Shown: one piece after another, positions 29,041 to 38,639 of the stretch
Numbering within the stretch: the first letter of the stretch is position 1
Layout of the letters: each line of letters begins with the position of its first letter
From: a virus
Direction: 5' to 3' (one strand)
DNA length: 64,000 nt
IMG/VR virus record: IMGVR_UViG_3300022751_000016
Location: 1 to 64,000 of that record
Notes under the pieces: generated by a model
Databases searched by the model: none
What the model saw: the letters and a program-made list of their open reading frames with translations, nothing else
Told to the model about the DNA's origin: nothing
Position numbers and translations under genes: made by a program

Positions 29041-29943
29041 ATGGATTCAAAAATAGCAAGACTTAATTCAAGATTATACTTCGACCTTTTCTCTCGTGAG
29101 GAAGTGGACGGAGATAGGCTTGTTTCTGTTTTTTCTATTTTAAAGACTTCTAGGACATCAGATAAATATTATGCTTATACTTCTAGAAATAATAAATTTA
29201 TTGGTGGATTTTCTCTTTTACGCGCAAAAACAAATCTAACTTTACACACTATTAAAACTTATGTTCCTGTCTTAATTGACATGGGACTTATTACTGTTTT
29301 AGATAATGGTGATGTTTATGTTATGGGTGGAGAAAAAATTAAAACTTTATACAGTTCAAATAAATTAGTTCCTGTCATTATTGGTAAGAACTTACATGAT
29401 ACAGCAGTTAATTCTTTATCTATTCGGGCTCATTCTGCACAATTACAGCAGGAAAGACAAATATTAAAAAAACAAAATCGAAGTGAATTACTAAAGCAAC
29501 TTTCCAATCCTACAAATAATAAACTTTACAAAAAGGCTAAACGTCTCGCGAAAAGATTATCTGGAGAAGAAATTACTATTATCGATGAAGTGATTTTATC
29601 AAATCAAGGTTACGCAGTTTTAAAAAGAGGTGTGGAAAATAATAAATCTATGGGTTGTTATTGGAAACAAAAATTAATTAAAAAAGGTTTAATTGAATCT
29701 AAAAGACGTTTTAAGAAATTAAAAGCAATGTCTTATGGAGAATATTTAACATATATCAGTTTTTATCCTGATAATAAAACAGTTTATAGAAATGGATTCT
29801 TATGTATGGAGGAAATCGCCGAATTAAAGAACATTGATTTAACAGTTAAAAAACCTATAATTAAAGATGAATTAATTAAAAAAGAGGTAAAAGGATTAAA
29901 GCATTTAGAGTTTGACATGATTGCATGGTGGCAGAATAATTAG
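29041..29943 (+). CDS. Putative HTH replication/DNA-binding protein (RepL-like)
   Basis: Very basic; two wHTH-like segments (LRAKTNLTLHTIKTYVPVLIDMGLI; WKQKLIKKGLI). Confidence 0.4.
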   Translation: MDSKIARLNSRLYFDLFSREEVDGDRLVSVFSILKTSRTSDKYYAYTSRNNKFIGGFSLLRAKTNLTLHTIKTYVPVLIDMGLITVLDNGDVYVMGGEKIKTLYSSNKLVPVIIGKNLHDTAVNSLSIRAHSAQLQQERQILKKQNRSELLKQLSNPTNNKLYKKAKRLAKRLSGEEITIIDEVILSNQGYAVLKRGVENNKSMGCYWKQKLIKKGLIESKRRFKKLKAMSYGEYLTYISFYPDNKTVYRNGFLCMEEIAELKNIDLTVKKPIIKDELIKKEVKGLKHLEFDMIAWWQNN

Positions 29944-29997
29944 TATGTTGCTTTAGATGGTCTAGTGAATTTACAGTATTAAATAAATAATAAAATT

Positions 29998-30738
29998 ATG
30001 AAGTACATGGGAAGTAAGAGTAGAATATCTAAGTCGATAATACCTATCTTATTAGAATATTTAGAAGATGGTATGATATTTATAGATACTTGTGTTGGAG
30101 GAGCTAATATAATAGATAAAATTCCAAAAAATATAAAGTGTTATGGAAACGATAATAATAAATACTTAATAGCTCTATATAACGGAATTAAAACTAGAAA
30201 AGACTACCCCTTAGAAATACCAAAAGATTTATACAGTAGAGCTAGAGATGAGTATAATAATGGAACAAATATAGAATTTGATGACTTTTTAATTGGTTGG
30301 ATAGGATATATGGCTTCAGCTAATGGTAGATTTTTTGAGGGTGGTTATAGTGGCATATCTAATACAAAAGTAGGTACAAGTAGGAATTACGTAGATGAAA
30401 GTATTAGAGGTTTTCTGAAACAAGTTCCAGATTTAAATGAAATAACCTTTACTAATAAAAATATATTAGATATTAAACCAAAAATTAAGTCATTACTGTA
30501 TTGTGATATTCCATATAAAGATACAAAGCAGTATGCAACATCTAAAGACTTTAATTATGAGCTATTCTATCAATGGTGCAGAGACAGAAGTAAAGAGGGA
30601 CATATTGTATTTATATCAGAGTATTCAATGCCAAATGATTTTAAATGTATTTGGCAACAAGAGGTTAAAAGTAGTTTATCAGCAAATGGAGTGTCGGGAG
30701 GAAATAAAGTGTCTATAGAAAAACTTTTTACTTTTTAA
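29998..30738 (+). CDS. DNA adenine methyltransferase (D12/Dam-like)
   Basis: MKYMGSK, DTCVGGA, catalytic YCDIPY, ISEY motifs. Confidence 0.85.
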   Translation: MKYMGSKSRISKSIIPILLEYLEDGMIFIDTCVGGANIIDKIPKNIKCYGNDNNKYLIALYNGIKTRKDYPLEIPKDLYSRARDEYNNGTNIEFDDFLIGWIGYMASANGRFFEGGYSGISNTKVGTSRNYVDESIRGFLKQVPDLNEITFTNKNILDIKPKIKSLLYCDIPYKDTKQYATSKDFNYELFYQWCRDRSKEGHIVFISEYSMPNDFKCIWQQEVKSSLSANGVSGGNKVSIEKLFTF

Positions 30739-30789
30739 ATTAGGTTATTATATAAATTAATTGTATATTTGTACTTTAAACATTAAGAC

Positions 30790-30999
30790 GTGAAACGATA
30801 CTATACATTAGGACTAAACATATTCTACGAAATAGACTCAGAAAACAATATATTCTCATATACATTTAAAGATGGTAATTTAAAAACTAGATTTTCTGTT
30901 TCTGATAATACTCTTCTTTTGGCAGAAGAAGTTAAAGAGTGGCAATATACAAAACAATTAGACAGGAGGATTTTATTCTTCGGTAAAAAATTTAGATAA
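30790..30999 (+). CDS. Hypothetical protein
   Basis: ORF downstream of a TATATTTG box. Confidence 0.45.
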   Translation: MKRYYTLGLNIFYEIDSENNIFSYTFKDGNLKTRFSVSDNTLLLAEEVKEWQYTKQLDRRILFFGKKFR

Positions 31000-31000
31000 A

Positions 31001-31477
31001 ATGAAAATAAATTACAAAAAAGACGGAGTAGAATTAGATGGTGATTTTTTATCATTAGTAGAAATTACAGAAAAGTGTAATGAAATAAAGTTAAAAGAAA
31101 ACAAATTAGTTTTACTTAAAATACATTGGGGAGGTAAACATGGAGATGTACTTGAACAAATTATACTTCCTTCTGATAACGCTACACAATTGAAAGATTA
31201 CTTAATAGGAAGAGAAGTTTATTTTGGAGAAATTTGGGGTAAACACTCAGAGGTTTATGGTGAAATGGAAGAAAAAGATTTTGAAATAGTTAAGGACAAA
31301 AGCAAAATTAAAAGTTTTTTGAATAACTTTCCTAGCGGACACGATTACGACCATAGTTTTATTTACACTTTTATTGAAGGCGCGGAAGAAAAGTTAGAGT
31401 ATAGTTCAGATAGTTTAGACGAAGATGATGCTACACAAGAAGAGTTAGATTGGTTACGAACTTTATTGAAATATTAA
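31001..31477 (+). CDS. Hypothetical protein
   Basis: Packed ORF. Confidence 0.55.
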   Translation: MKINYKKDGVELDGDFLSLVEITEKCNEIKLKENKLVLLKIHWGGKHGDVLEQIILPSDNATQLKDYLIGREVYFGEIWGKHSEVYGEMEEKDFEIVKDKSKIKSFLNNFPSGHDYDHSFIYTFIEGAEEKLEYSSDSLDEDDATQEELDWLRTLLKY

Positions 31478-31478
31478 A

Positions 31479-31676
31479 ATGAACTTTTACTACGACCCAA
31501 TACTAGGACTACAGTATGATTATTTAGGTCACTATATTATTATGGATATTGAAGAGCTACCTAAAGATATTGATTTTTCATTATTATTTGAGATAATGTC
31601 AGAACAAGGTATTTCTATTGTAGAATCTCTGCCAAGTTATGAAAACTATTGTAAAATAACAAATTATCAACTATGA
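31479..31676 (+). CDS. Hypothetical protein
   Basis: Packed ORF. Confidence 0.5.
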   Translation: MNFYYDPILGLQYDYLGHYIIMDIEELPKDIDFSLLFEIMSEQGISIVESLPSYENYCKITNYQL

Positions 31677-31945
31677 AGCTAAAACTTACACAAAGAACAG
31701 TAACCGAAAAAGAAACTGACATTGACTTACCAATATACTTTAATTATCAACTTGAAAGTTTAGATGAGGAGTGGGTTATGTGGGATGGAAGTGTAAAAAC
31801 TATTGTTACAAAGCATTGGTTTGGATATACAGTACAAAAGTATGAGTGCACATTTCCTATAGAAGAATACCAACTTAATAGTAGATGCTCAATGGAAAAT
31901 TTTTACATAGAAATGCAAAGTGCTTTAGAGTATTTTAAGAAGTAG
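31673..31945 (+). CDS. Hypothetical protein
   Basis: ATGA-coupled ORF. Confidence 0.5.
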   Translation: MKLKLTQRTVTEKETDIDLPIYFNYQLESLDEEWVMWDGSVKTIVTKHWFGYTVQKYECTFPIEEYQLNSRCSMENFYIEMQSALEYFKK

Positions 31946-32167
31946 ATAACATATTAAACAATTCACCGCAAAAACAGTTAAAATATTAGACAATGAAAGA
32001 GAAAATAGAACAATTGATAGCAGAACATAAACTACACAGAGAAGAGGTGTTACAAGAGCTAAATTTAACTTACGGTAAGGATGAAAGATTACTTGAAGAA
32101 TATGCAATGAGAAACTTATTCATCAATCAGTTGGAAGAACTTTTGTAATTTTTTATTTGCTCGAAAA

Positions 32168-32410
32168 ATGAAAGAAATAAGTCTAGAAACAGTTAGAAAA
32201 GCTAATCAAAAGATGATTGATAATGGTAAGATTGAAAAATACGATAAAGTTAAATCTTTAGTTGATATTCAGGAAGAATATATTAAATTTCTAGAACGTG
32301 AAATTGGAAGTGTTTCAAGTATAGCTTCTACACATGGATGGATTTGTAATAAAGAAATTTTTGACGAGGGTTGTAAGTTAAGAGAAAAAATAAAAGAATT
32401 AAACAGATGA
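32168..32410 (+). CDS. Hypothetical protein
   Basis: Packed ORF. Confidence 0.5.
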   Translation: MKEISLETVRKANQKMIDNGKIEKYDKVKSLVDIQEEYIKFLEREIGSVSSIASTHGWICNKEIFDEGCKLREKIKELNR

Positions 32411-32518
32411 ATACGAATTTATATTATTTAATAGATTCTGATGAGAATTTAACGGATGCAGAAAAGAGAGAAATATATTTTGAAAATCTCCAAATTCTTG
32501 AAGAGTTGAGAGAACTAG

Positions 32519-32893
32519 ATGAAAATTAAAGAAGATAAGGTAATTATTAAACAGTTTAAATGCGGTTCTAGTGATTTTTGGGTAAATGACGCTCACTATA
32601 ATTTAAACGCCTCAGAAGAGCTTATTTGGAGTGCTGGTGAATCAGATAAGCCTGAACTTAGAGAAGCACTTCTAAACTTCATTAAAAGAAATAAGAAGAA
32701 ACACTCACCTAGACCGAATAACATCTTCGAAGTCGAGGAAAAGATTTACAGCACAGTAAATTACGGTAAGTTTAAAGGTTTAAGTACACAAATGATAGTT
32801 GCTGAGGATAAACGCTACGCTAAATGGATTTATCAAAATTCTGCTGATAAAAAAGTTAAAGAAGAATTAAAAGAATTGTTAAAAATAAAGTAA
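32519..32893 (+). CDS. Protein with exodeoxyribonuclease X-like C-terminal (DUF3820-like) motif
   Basis: VNYGKFKG...D.RYAKWI. Confidence 0.55.
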   Translation: MKIKEDKVIIKQFKCGSSDFWVNDAHYNLNASEELIWSAGESDKPELREALLNFIKRNKKKHSPRPNNIFEVEEKIYSTVNYGKFKGLSTQMIVAEDKRYAKWIYQNSADKKVKEELKELLKIK

Positions 32894-33055
32894 TCATGAA
32901 AGAAAATATAAAATTTTACTTAACACAATATAAATTCGGCAGAAAATTATATGGAGGAACTTATTATTTAATTTATAATTGGCTTCCTATGAGTATATTT
33001 TGGTCTGACAGATTGATTACGAGTTGTGGAGGAAGAGCATTAGAAACAGAAGTTT

Positions 33056-33427
33056 ATGAGCAGAAGTAATCTTCATAAGGATAAGGGTAAATTCAATAAC
33101 GGCTTACTAGAAGAAATACCTACAAAACTACTAAACTTTTTCACAAGACATAATAATGATTGGGGTGAATTTAGAAAAGCTAAGAAAGATTTACAAAATA
33201 AAATCGCGGAAAAAGAAATGAACAAAGAAGTAGAAACAGTTTTAACAGATAAAAAACTAATAGAGCTTTACAATCTAGGCTGGTTGGATTATATGGACGG
33301 TAAACTAGACATAAGCATGGCTTTAGTAAAACCATATTACATAGGAGCTAATCACGCTGAATTAGGAGACTTTCCAGAAGGATTTGATAGTTTTACAGAT
33401 GAGGAAATTTTAAGGATGGTTAAATGA
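33056..33427 (+). CDS. Hypothetical protein
   Basis: Packed ORF. Confidence 0.5.
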   Translation: MSRSNLHKDKGKFNNGLLEEIPTKLLNFFTRHNNDWGEFRKAKKDLQNKIAEKEMNKEVETVLTDKKLIELYNLGWLDYMDGKLDISMALVKPYYIGANHAELGDFPEGFDSFTDEEILRMVK

Positions 33428-33615
33428 TAAATTTTAAACTTTTGCCGCAAGAAGAAATTAAAAGAGTAAAATATTTAGAGAAAATAAAATCAAAATACGG
33501 TTCTTACGGATTAATAACTTATTCATTCAAAGATACAGGAATAGGATGTGTAGTTAAAATTAAAAGTTCACATATTAAGAAGTGGAAAGACATTACAGAT
33601 TATGGGAGCTGGTAA
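33424..33615 (+). CDS. Hypothetical protein
   Basis: TGIG...DITDYGSW small phage protein pattern. Confidence 0.5.
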   Translation: MINFKLLPQEEIKRVKYLEKIKSKYGSYGLITYSFKDTGIGCVVKIKSSHIKKWKDITDYGSW

Positions 33616-33624
33616 AAAAATAAA

Positions 33625-33656
33625 TTTGTTAGTTAAATATAAAAGTTGTATCTTTA
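33625..33656 (+). promoter_or_regulatory. Bacteroidota-type promoter
   Basis: TTTG-N20-TATCTTTA, 4 nt before the ATG. Confidence 0.6.
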
Positions 33657-33660
33657 CGGC

Positions 33661-34041
33661 ATGATAAAAAAATATTCTAAAAAAGGGTTAGAGAAACGTA
33701 AATCTGAACGAGAGTGTTTATCAGAATTCTTTAAAAAACATATTGAAATTGCAAAAAATAAGTGCTGCACTAATTGTGGAGAAAAGCTTAAAGGAGATGT
33801 TTCTGAAGTTGCCCACAGGCTACCCAAAAACTTATTTAAATCAGTTATGTGCGATGATAATAACGTAACCTATCTTTGCTCTTGGAAAAGTAGTAACAAC
33901 TGCCACGGATTATATGACGGAAGTAATGAACAACTACAATCTTTGAATATTTTTTCAGTGGAAAAAGAAATAATAAAAGAACTTTTAGAAAAAGTAACAG
34001 AAAAATTTAATTATAAAACAACAGACAGATGGCTTCTATAG
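33661..34041 (+). CDS. HNH/NinG-like Zn endonuclease
   Basis: CTNCG...VAHRLPK...NV.YLC...CH; next to recA. Confidence 0.65.
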   Translation: MIKKYSKKGLEKRKSERECLSEFFKKHIEIAKNKCCTNCGEKLKGDVSEVAHRLPKNLFKSVMCDDNNVTYLCSWKSSNNCHGLYDGSNEQLQSLNIFSVEKEIIKELLEKVTEKFNYKTTDRWLL

Positions 34042-35003
34042 AAGATACGCTTAAAAAATTAAATAAAGATAAAAAAGAAGAAGATAAAGTATCCATACTA
34101 GGGGATAATAAGATAGTTAGAACTACTACTTCAACAGGAAGCCCGTATTTAGATTATATAACAGGTGGTGGTTTTATGAATGGCGGGTATAATACAATCG
34201 TTGCTTCTGGTGGTGTAGGTAAAAGCTCAATTTCTTTATTAGCTTGTAAAGATACTATTGAGAGAAGAGGAAAAATAGCAGTTTATTTTGATGGTGAAAG
34301 AACTTTGAATGAAAGTTATTTCGAAAGAATGGGTATCCCCAAAGATAAATTTGTTCACAGAGTAGGGAGAAATTTAGAAAATATGTTGGATGAAGCAGAG
34401 TTATTTGCTCAATCAGAAGATGTTGGTATTATTATTATGGACTCTATTCCTATTTTTACAGCTGCTGCTATTGAAGCCAAGTCAGCAATTGAAAATTCTA
34501 TAGGAAATGCTGCAAAACGATATACGGGACGTATGCCAATTATAGAAGGGTATGCTTCATCAAGGGATATTTGCATTATTGGTCTAACAAGTTATAAATT
34601 AAACCCAGGAGCTATGGGAGACCCTAGAGTGCTTCCTGCCGGTGAGTGGCAGAAAACAATGTCTAATACTACTTTAGATATGACTAAAAAAGAACTAATA
34701 AAAGATAAAGATAAAAATGTAATTGGTCACTCTATTGAAGTCCGCGTTAAAAAATCTAAAAACAGTGCATATGATGGTTCAGAAGCCTATAAAATAAACT
34801 TCTATAATGATGGAGGATTTAATCAAATAGATGAATTTGCAAGAGTATTCATAGAAACAGAAATAGTAAAGCAAGGGGGCGCATGGATTAAGTTTCCTAA
34901 TGTAAACGCAGAAGAAGTAACTATACAAGGAGTAGATAAATTTATTGACCACCTAAAAGCGAACACAGAAGATTTTGAATTTCTTAAACAACAATTAGTA
35001 TGA
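34029..35003 (+). CDS. recA: RecA/UvsX-family recombinase
   Basis: STGS.YLD..GGG, Walker A SGGVGKSS, YFDGE, IIMDSI, GGAW. Confidence 0.88.
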   Translation: MASIEDTLKKLNKDKKEEDKVSILGDNKIVRTTTSTGSPYLDYITGGGFMNGGYNTIVASGGVGKSSISLLACKDTIERRGKIAVYFDGERTLNESYFERMGIPKDKFVHRVGRNLENMLDEAELFAQSEDVGIIIMDSIPIFTAAAIEAKSAIENSIGNAAKRYTGRMPIIEGYASSRDICIIGLTSYKLNPGAMGDPRVLPAGEWQKTMSNTTLDMTKKELIKDKDKNVIGHSIEVRVKKSKNSAYDGSEAYKINFYNDGGFNQIDEFARVFIETEIVKQGGAWIKFPNVNAEEVTIQGVDKFIDHLKANTEDFEFLKQQLV

Positions 35004-35428
35004 GACCATTAGAAGATATACTCACAGAATATGAAGAATTGAGAGGTTCTTTTAGAAACACTACTAAAAGTGGAAGCTTAACAAAGGACAGTCTTATTGA
35101 ATTTCAAGGAAGATTTATAGATTTGAAGGCAGATTTGAAGTATTGGAAAGTAAAATACACTCACGAATGGACTCGTCGCGACGATAAAGCAGCTACAGCG
35201 ATTAAATTTAGGATTGCTGTTGCTATGACAAGAGGGGAATATCCAACTGGAGATGAAGAAGTTAAATTACCTACGATTACAAATGCAGAAAAGTTAGCAA
35301 GTGGTAGTAAAGAATATAGAGAATTTGTTGAACAACGCGGTTTTTATAAAGAGTCTCTGACAAATTTAAGTGATACTAGGGAAGATATCAATAGTTATAT
35401 AAACGAAATTAAGGACAGATTAAAATAA
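35000..35428 (+). CDS. Helical protein, possible UvsY-like recombination mediator
   Basis: 142 aa, coupled to recA; function inferred from size and position only. Confidence 0.3.
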   Translation: MRPLEDILTEYEELRGSFRNTTKSGSLTKDSLIEFQGRFIDLKADLKYWKVKYTHEWTRRDDKAATAIKFRIAVAMTRGEYPTGDEEVKLPTITNAEKLASGSKEYREFVEQRGFYKESLTNLSDTREDINSYINEIKDRLK

Positions 35429-35434
35429 ATAATT

Positions 35435-35680
35435 ATGTGGCAAAAGTGTCCAGTATGTAACGGAACAGGAGAGTGTAATATCATTCATCCACCCTCATGT
35501 AAGACTTGTGATGGAAAAGGTATTATAAGCTCATTGACAGGAAAACCTCCGACAGGTTTAGGAAGCAAAGATTATCAAAATTTGGATGTAGTTGAAAAAT
35601 GTAAACACGAATCTATTGAAGAAATTCAAGGAGGACAGATAGAAAGATGCAGAACTTGCGGTAAAACTTGGGGAGGATAG
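35435..35680 (+). CDS. DnaJ-type zinc finger protein
   Basis: CPVCNGTG, CKTCDGKG, CRTCG. Confidence 0.6.
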   Translation: MWQKCPVCNGTGECNIIHPPSCKTCDGKGIISSLTGKPPTGLGSKDYQNLDVVEKCKHESIEEIQGGQIERCRTCGKTWGG

Positions 35681-35792
35681 TGTATGATAACAGATAAAAT
35701 AGAGATAGAATTCAAAGGTATCTTAGAAGATAAGAATATAAAGATGAATATAGAAAACTCATCCTTCTTTTTGAAAAACTTAATAAGGCATA

Positions 35793-36227
35793 ATGGCAAT
35801 AAAAAAGACAGTTAAATCCAGAGTAGAAAAACTAAGAAATCATTTTACGTTAAGTGAAGCAGGATTTTGGAGCTTAATACGCTCTAATTTAAGAAATGCA
35901 AGTAGATGGTGGAAACCTATCGCTGAATGTAAAAAATTATCTAGGCGAGCTTATAAAGGTAAGAATAAATCTCAAAAATGGGAATATAAATGTAGTCATT
36001 GTCAAGAATGGTTTATGGAAAAAGAGATAGCTGTAGACCATAAGATTGAAGCAGGTTCTTTAACTTGTGGAGATGATTTAAAAGGATTTGTAGAAAGATT
36101 GTTCTGTGAAATTGAGGGTTTTCAGGTACTTTGTAATAAAAGAATAGACGGAAAAGAAAGTTGTCATAAGAAAAAGACAGACGAATATATGCAAAGTAAA
36201 AAATCCGCCAAAAAAGATTTAAAATAA
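35793..36227 (+). CDS. HNH endonuclease
   Basis: CSHC...VDH...QVLC...CH.KKT. Confidence 0.75.
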   Translation: MAIKKTVKSRVEKLRNHFTLSEAGFWSLIRSNLRNASRWWKPIAECKKLSRRAYKGKNKSQKWEYKCSHCQEWFMEKEIAVDHKIEAGSLTCGDDLKGFVERLFCEIEGFQVLCNKRIDGKESCHKKKTDEYMQSKKSAKKDLK

Positions 36228-36286
36228 TAGGAATATTCAAAATAAATCCATATCTTTACAATTCAATATACTAAATCAGAATAAAT

Positions 36287-36970
36287 ATGATTAACTCACC
36301 TAAGAAAGAGAACAAGGAAAAAAGAGTATTAAAAACAGAGCCTAAACTTAAGGTAGATTTAAACGAAGAACAAAAAGAGTTTGTAAAATTATTTTATGAA
36401 TTTGATGTTTGTTTTTTACATGGAGATTTTGGTTCTGGTAAATCTTTGGCAGCAGTCCACACAGCATTGTCGGCATTCAGAAAGAAACAGTTTAATAACA
36501 TATGGATTACCAGACCTATGCTAAAAAATTCTCTAGCTGCCCTTCCTGGAACACTTGAAGAAAAAATGTCACCTTATACTTTTCCAATTACACAAAATAT
36601 GGAAGTATGTCAAGGTAAAGAAATGACAGATAAAATGTTAAAAGAAGGTATGGTTAAAATAATGCCTATTGAAGTTGCAAAAGGATGCTCTTTTATTGAC
36701 TCAGTAGTTATAATTGATGAATATGAAGATATGACTTATGCAGATTTTAGAACAATTTTAACTAGATTATCTAAGGGAAGTAAAATGATTTTCTGCGGTT
36801 CAAAAGAGCAAATTGATAAGCAGATAGGTAAAAATAGTTGTATTTATGACACTATGAGACTAGAAAACTCTGGATTAGTAGGCTATAAAACATTAACAGC
36901 AAATCACAGAAATCCTATTTTGACAAATATTATAGATTTTTTAGAAAAAGATTTGCACAACTCAAAATAA
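36287..36970 (+). CDS. phoH: PhoH-family ATPase
   Basis: GDFGSGKS, ITRP, LPGTLEEKM.PY, IIDE, LTRL, HRNP motifs. Confidence 0.9.
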   Translation: MINSPKKENKEKRVLKTEPKLKVDLNEEQKEFVKLFYEFDVCFLHGDFGSGKSLAAVHTALSAFRKKQFNNIWITRPMLKNSLAALPGTLEEKMSPYTFPITQNMEVCQGKEMTDKMLKEGMVKIMPIEVAKGCSFIDSVVIIDEYEDMTYADFRTILTRLSKGSKMIFCGSKEQIDKQIGKNSCIYDTMRLENSGLVGYKTLTANHRNPILTNIIDFLEKDLHNSK

Positions 36971-36983
36971 ATTATTATATTTG
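36952..36983 (+). promoter_or_regulatory. Bacteroidota-type promoter driving the structured RNA region
   Basis: TTTG-N20-TATATTTG. Confidence 0.7.
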
Positions 36984-36986
36984 CAT

Positions 36987-37103
36987 AAGAAAGATAGGTA
37001 AAAACACTTTTCGGCTTTTTGGTAATACGTGTGCTGTATTCTGGTAACAGGATTAAACCTTATAACAACGTGTGATGTGGATGAGTGACCACAAATCTTT
37101 CTT
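36987..37103 (+). ncRNA. Putative multibranch small RNA
   Basis: Closing stem AAGAAAGAT/ATCTTTCTT at the predicted TSS; inner AGGT/ACCT and GTGG/CCAC stems; T-run after. Confidence 0.5.
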
Positions 37104-37130
37104 TTTTAACTTTTTCGCGCAAAAATAACA

Positions 37131-37337
37131 GTCATTTGAACTTAACACTAGGATAATGACAAGCGATTGGACAAAGTTAAGTGTCACGAATTGCCCTGTA
37201 ACAGCTAAATGTTGCCAGTTAGAGTAGGTCTGAGACTATTATGTGAAGCTCTAACATTTTTTATCGGTATCATCCCCTGTGATAGTATCTAAGGGCTAGT
37301 AGGAGTTGCATGTTAATACCGAGTGTGTAATCCTACT
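37131..37337 (+). ncRNA. Putative structured RNA(s) with two H-type pseudoknots
   Basis: GTCATT/AATGAC crossing ACTTAAC/GTTAAGT; GTTAGAGT/GCTCTAAC hairpin; TCGGTAT/ATACCGA crossing AGTAGGA/TCCTACT. Confidence 0.5.
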
Positions 37338-37365
37338 TATTTTTATAAAATGTAATATCAAATAG

Positions 37366-38148
37366 ATGAAAACACAAGGACAAGGTTTTAACTATAAAGT
37401 AAACGGCGAAAATAAAACTAAAGAAGAGATTGATAATATGGACTTAAGTAATATGAATTGTACAGTTGATGGTTTATCTGTTCTATATTCTTTTCCCGAC
37501 CAAAATTATATTAGGCATTTTGTAGAAATTAAGGAGAAAATAAAACTACAAGAACTAAGAGATTATTTGATAACAGATAATATTATTTGTACAGACCTGA
37601 GCACAATATATGGTATAATGTCCGCAGAAACAGAAGATGAGTTAAAAGATATTCTTAAGAAGTTACCAGAGACAAATACGCGGCTAGAAAAAGAGATAAT
37701 CAGAACAAAAACTGAAGAAATTCTAGATGAAGTTGAAAAATACCAACAAGAAGTTAACGGAGGTATTTTAAAAGGAGAAGAGTTTCCATACGATTTTACA
37801 AATTTAAACTTTAATGTAATTACAAGTAGTAATATAGAAGAAAATGAGACAATAGAATATTTCCAAGGAATAAAAGAAACAGAAGGTAAATTAGACTATT
37901 CAGAAATAAATTTCAGGTTATTAGATTTAATGGCTAAAAGATTTATGGATAACAAGGTTAAATATCCTAAAGGTAACTCTAAAAAAGTATTAGATAAAAA
38001 TGAAATTCTTTGGGCGGCATTCAGACACATTAGAAAGATGATTCAACCTATTGAAAATGACCCAGAAACTTATGAAGACCATCTTTCTGCTGTTTTAACT
38101 AACATGAGTATTATTTTAGACCAATTAGATTTGGATAAGTCAAAATAA
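37366..38148 (+). CDS. Protein with C-terminal dATP/dGTP diphosphohydrolase-like domain
   Basis: GKLDYS...KY.KGN...AAFRH...HL.AV..N. Confidence 0.65.
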   Translation: MKTQGQGFNYKVNGENKTKEEIDNMDLSNMNCTVDGLSVLYSFPDQNYIRHFVEIKEKIKLQELRDYLITDNIICTDLSTIYGIMSAETEDELKDILKKLPETNTRLEKEIIRTKTEEILDEVEKYQQEVNGGILKGEEFPYDFTNLNFNVITSSNIEENETIEYFQGIKETEGKLDYSEINFRLLDLMAKRFMDNKVKYPKGNSKKVLDKNEILWAAFRHIRKMIQPIENDPETYEDHLSAVLTNMSIILDQLDLDKSK

Positions 38149-38161
38149 AGTTGTATATTTG
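38130..38161 (+). promoter_or_regulatory. Bacteroidota-type promoter
   Basis: TTTG-N20-TATATTTG. Confidence 0.7.
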
Positions 38162-38180
38162 TAGAAGATAAATAAGACGT

Positions 38181-38639
38181 ATGAAGAGAATCAGATTGAG
38201 TTTGACAGGAGTTGGGGAGGTTTTAAAAGAATCCGCGGAAAAGAAATTAGAAAAAGAAAGTTCAATTCCTAGATGTGATTCAGGACATACAAGAGAATTC
38301 TACGAAGACTTAAATATTCCAGAAAATAAAATTCCAAAAGAACTTATAGAAAGAGAGAAAAATCAAGATGTAGAGTTAGAAGACGATGATTTTGAAATGG
38401 TAACTTCTGACATTATAGTTTATGAAGACCAAATAAAGTTTATGGTTACAGATGATGAATTTACAACTATATTTTTAAATGACGGACTTAATTTAACAGT
38501 GTTAGAAACATCAGAAGAAATCGATTACTATATTGATTTTATGGAAAGGACATGGTTTGATAAATTAAAAGACTCTATTTCCTTCTTTATTCGCCGAATA
38601 AAAAATAAATTAACAAATAAAAATGGAAAACAAAATTAA
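38181..38639 (+). CDS. Hypothetical acidic protein
   Basis: ORF after a promoter. Confidence 0.55.
   Translation: MKRIRLSLTGVGEVLKESAEKKLEKESSIPRCDSGHTREFYEDLNIPENKIPKELIEREKNQDVELEDDDFEMVTSDIIVYEDQIKFMVTDDEFTTIFLNDGLNLTVLETSEEIDYYIDFMERTWFDKLKDSISFFIRRIKNKLTNKNGKQN

Noticed and set aside
37133-37142. CATTTGAACT resemblance to a SAM-V riboswitch
   Set aside because: The 3' conserved segment and P1 arrangement do not match
37218-37255. Hammerhead ribozyme (CTGAGA...GAAG)
   Set aside because: No room for stem I, weak stem II, and GAAA core not intact
36987-37337. tmRNA
   Set aside because: Size and pseudoknots are suggestive, but there are no tRNA-Ala-like ends, T arm or tag ORF
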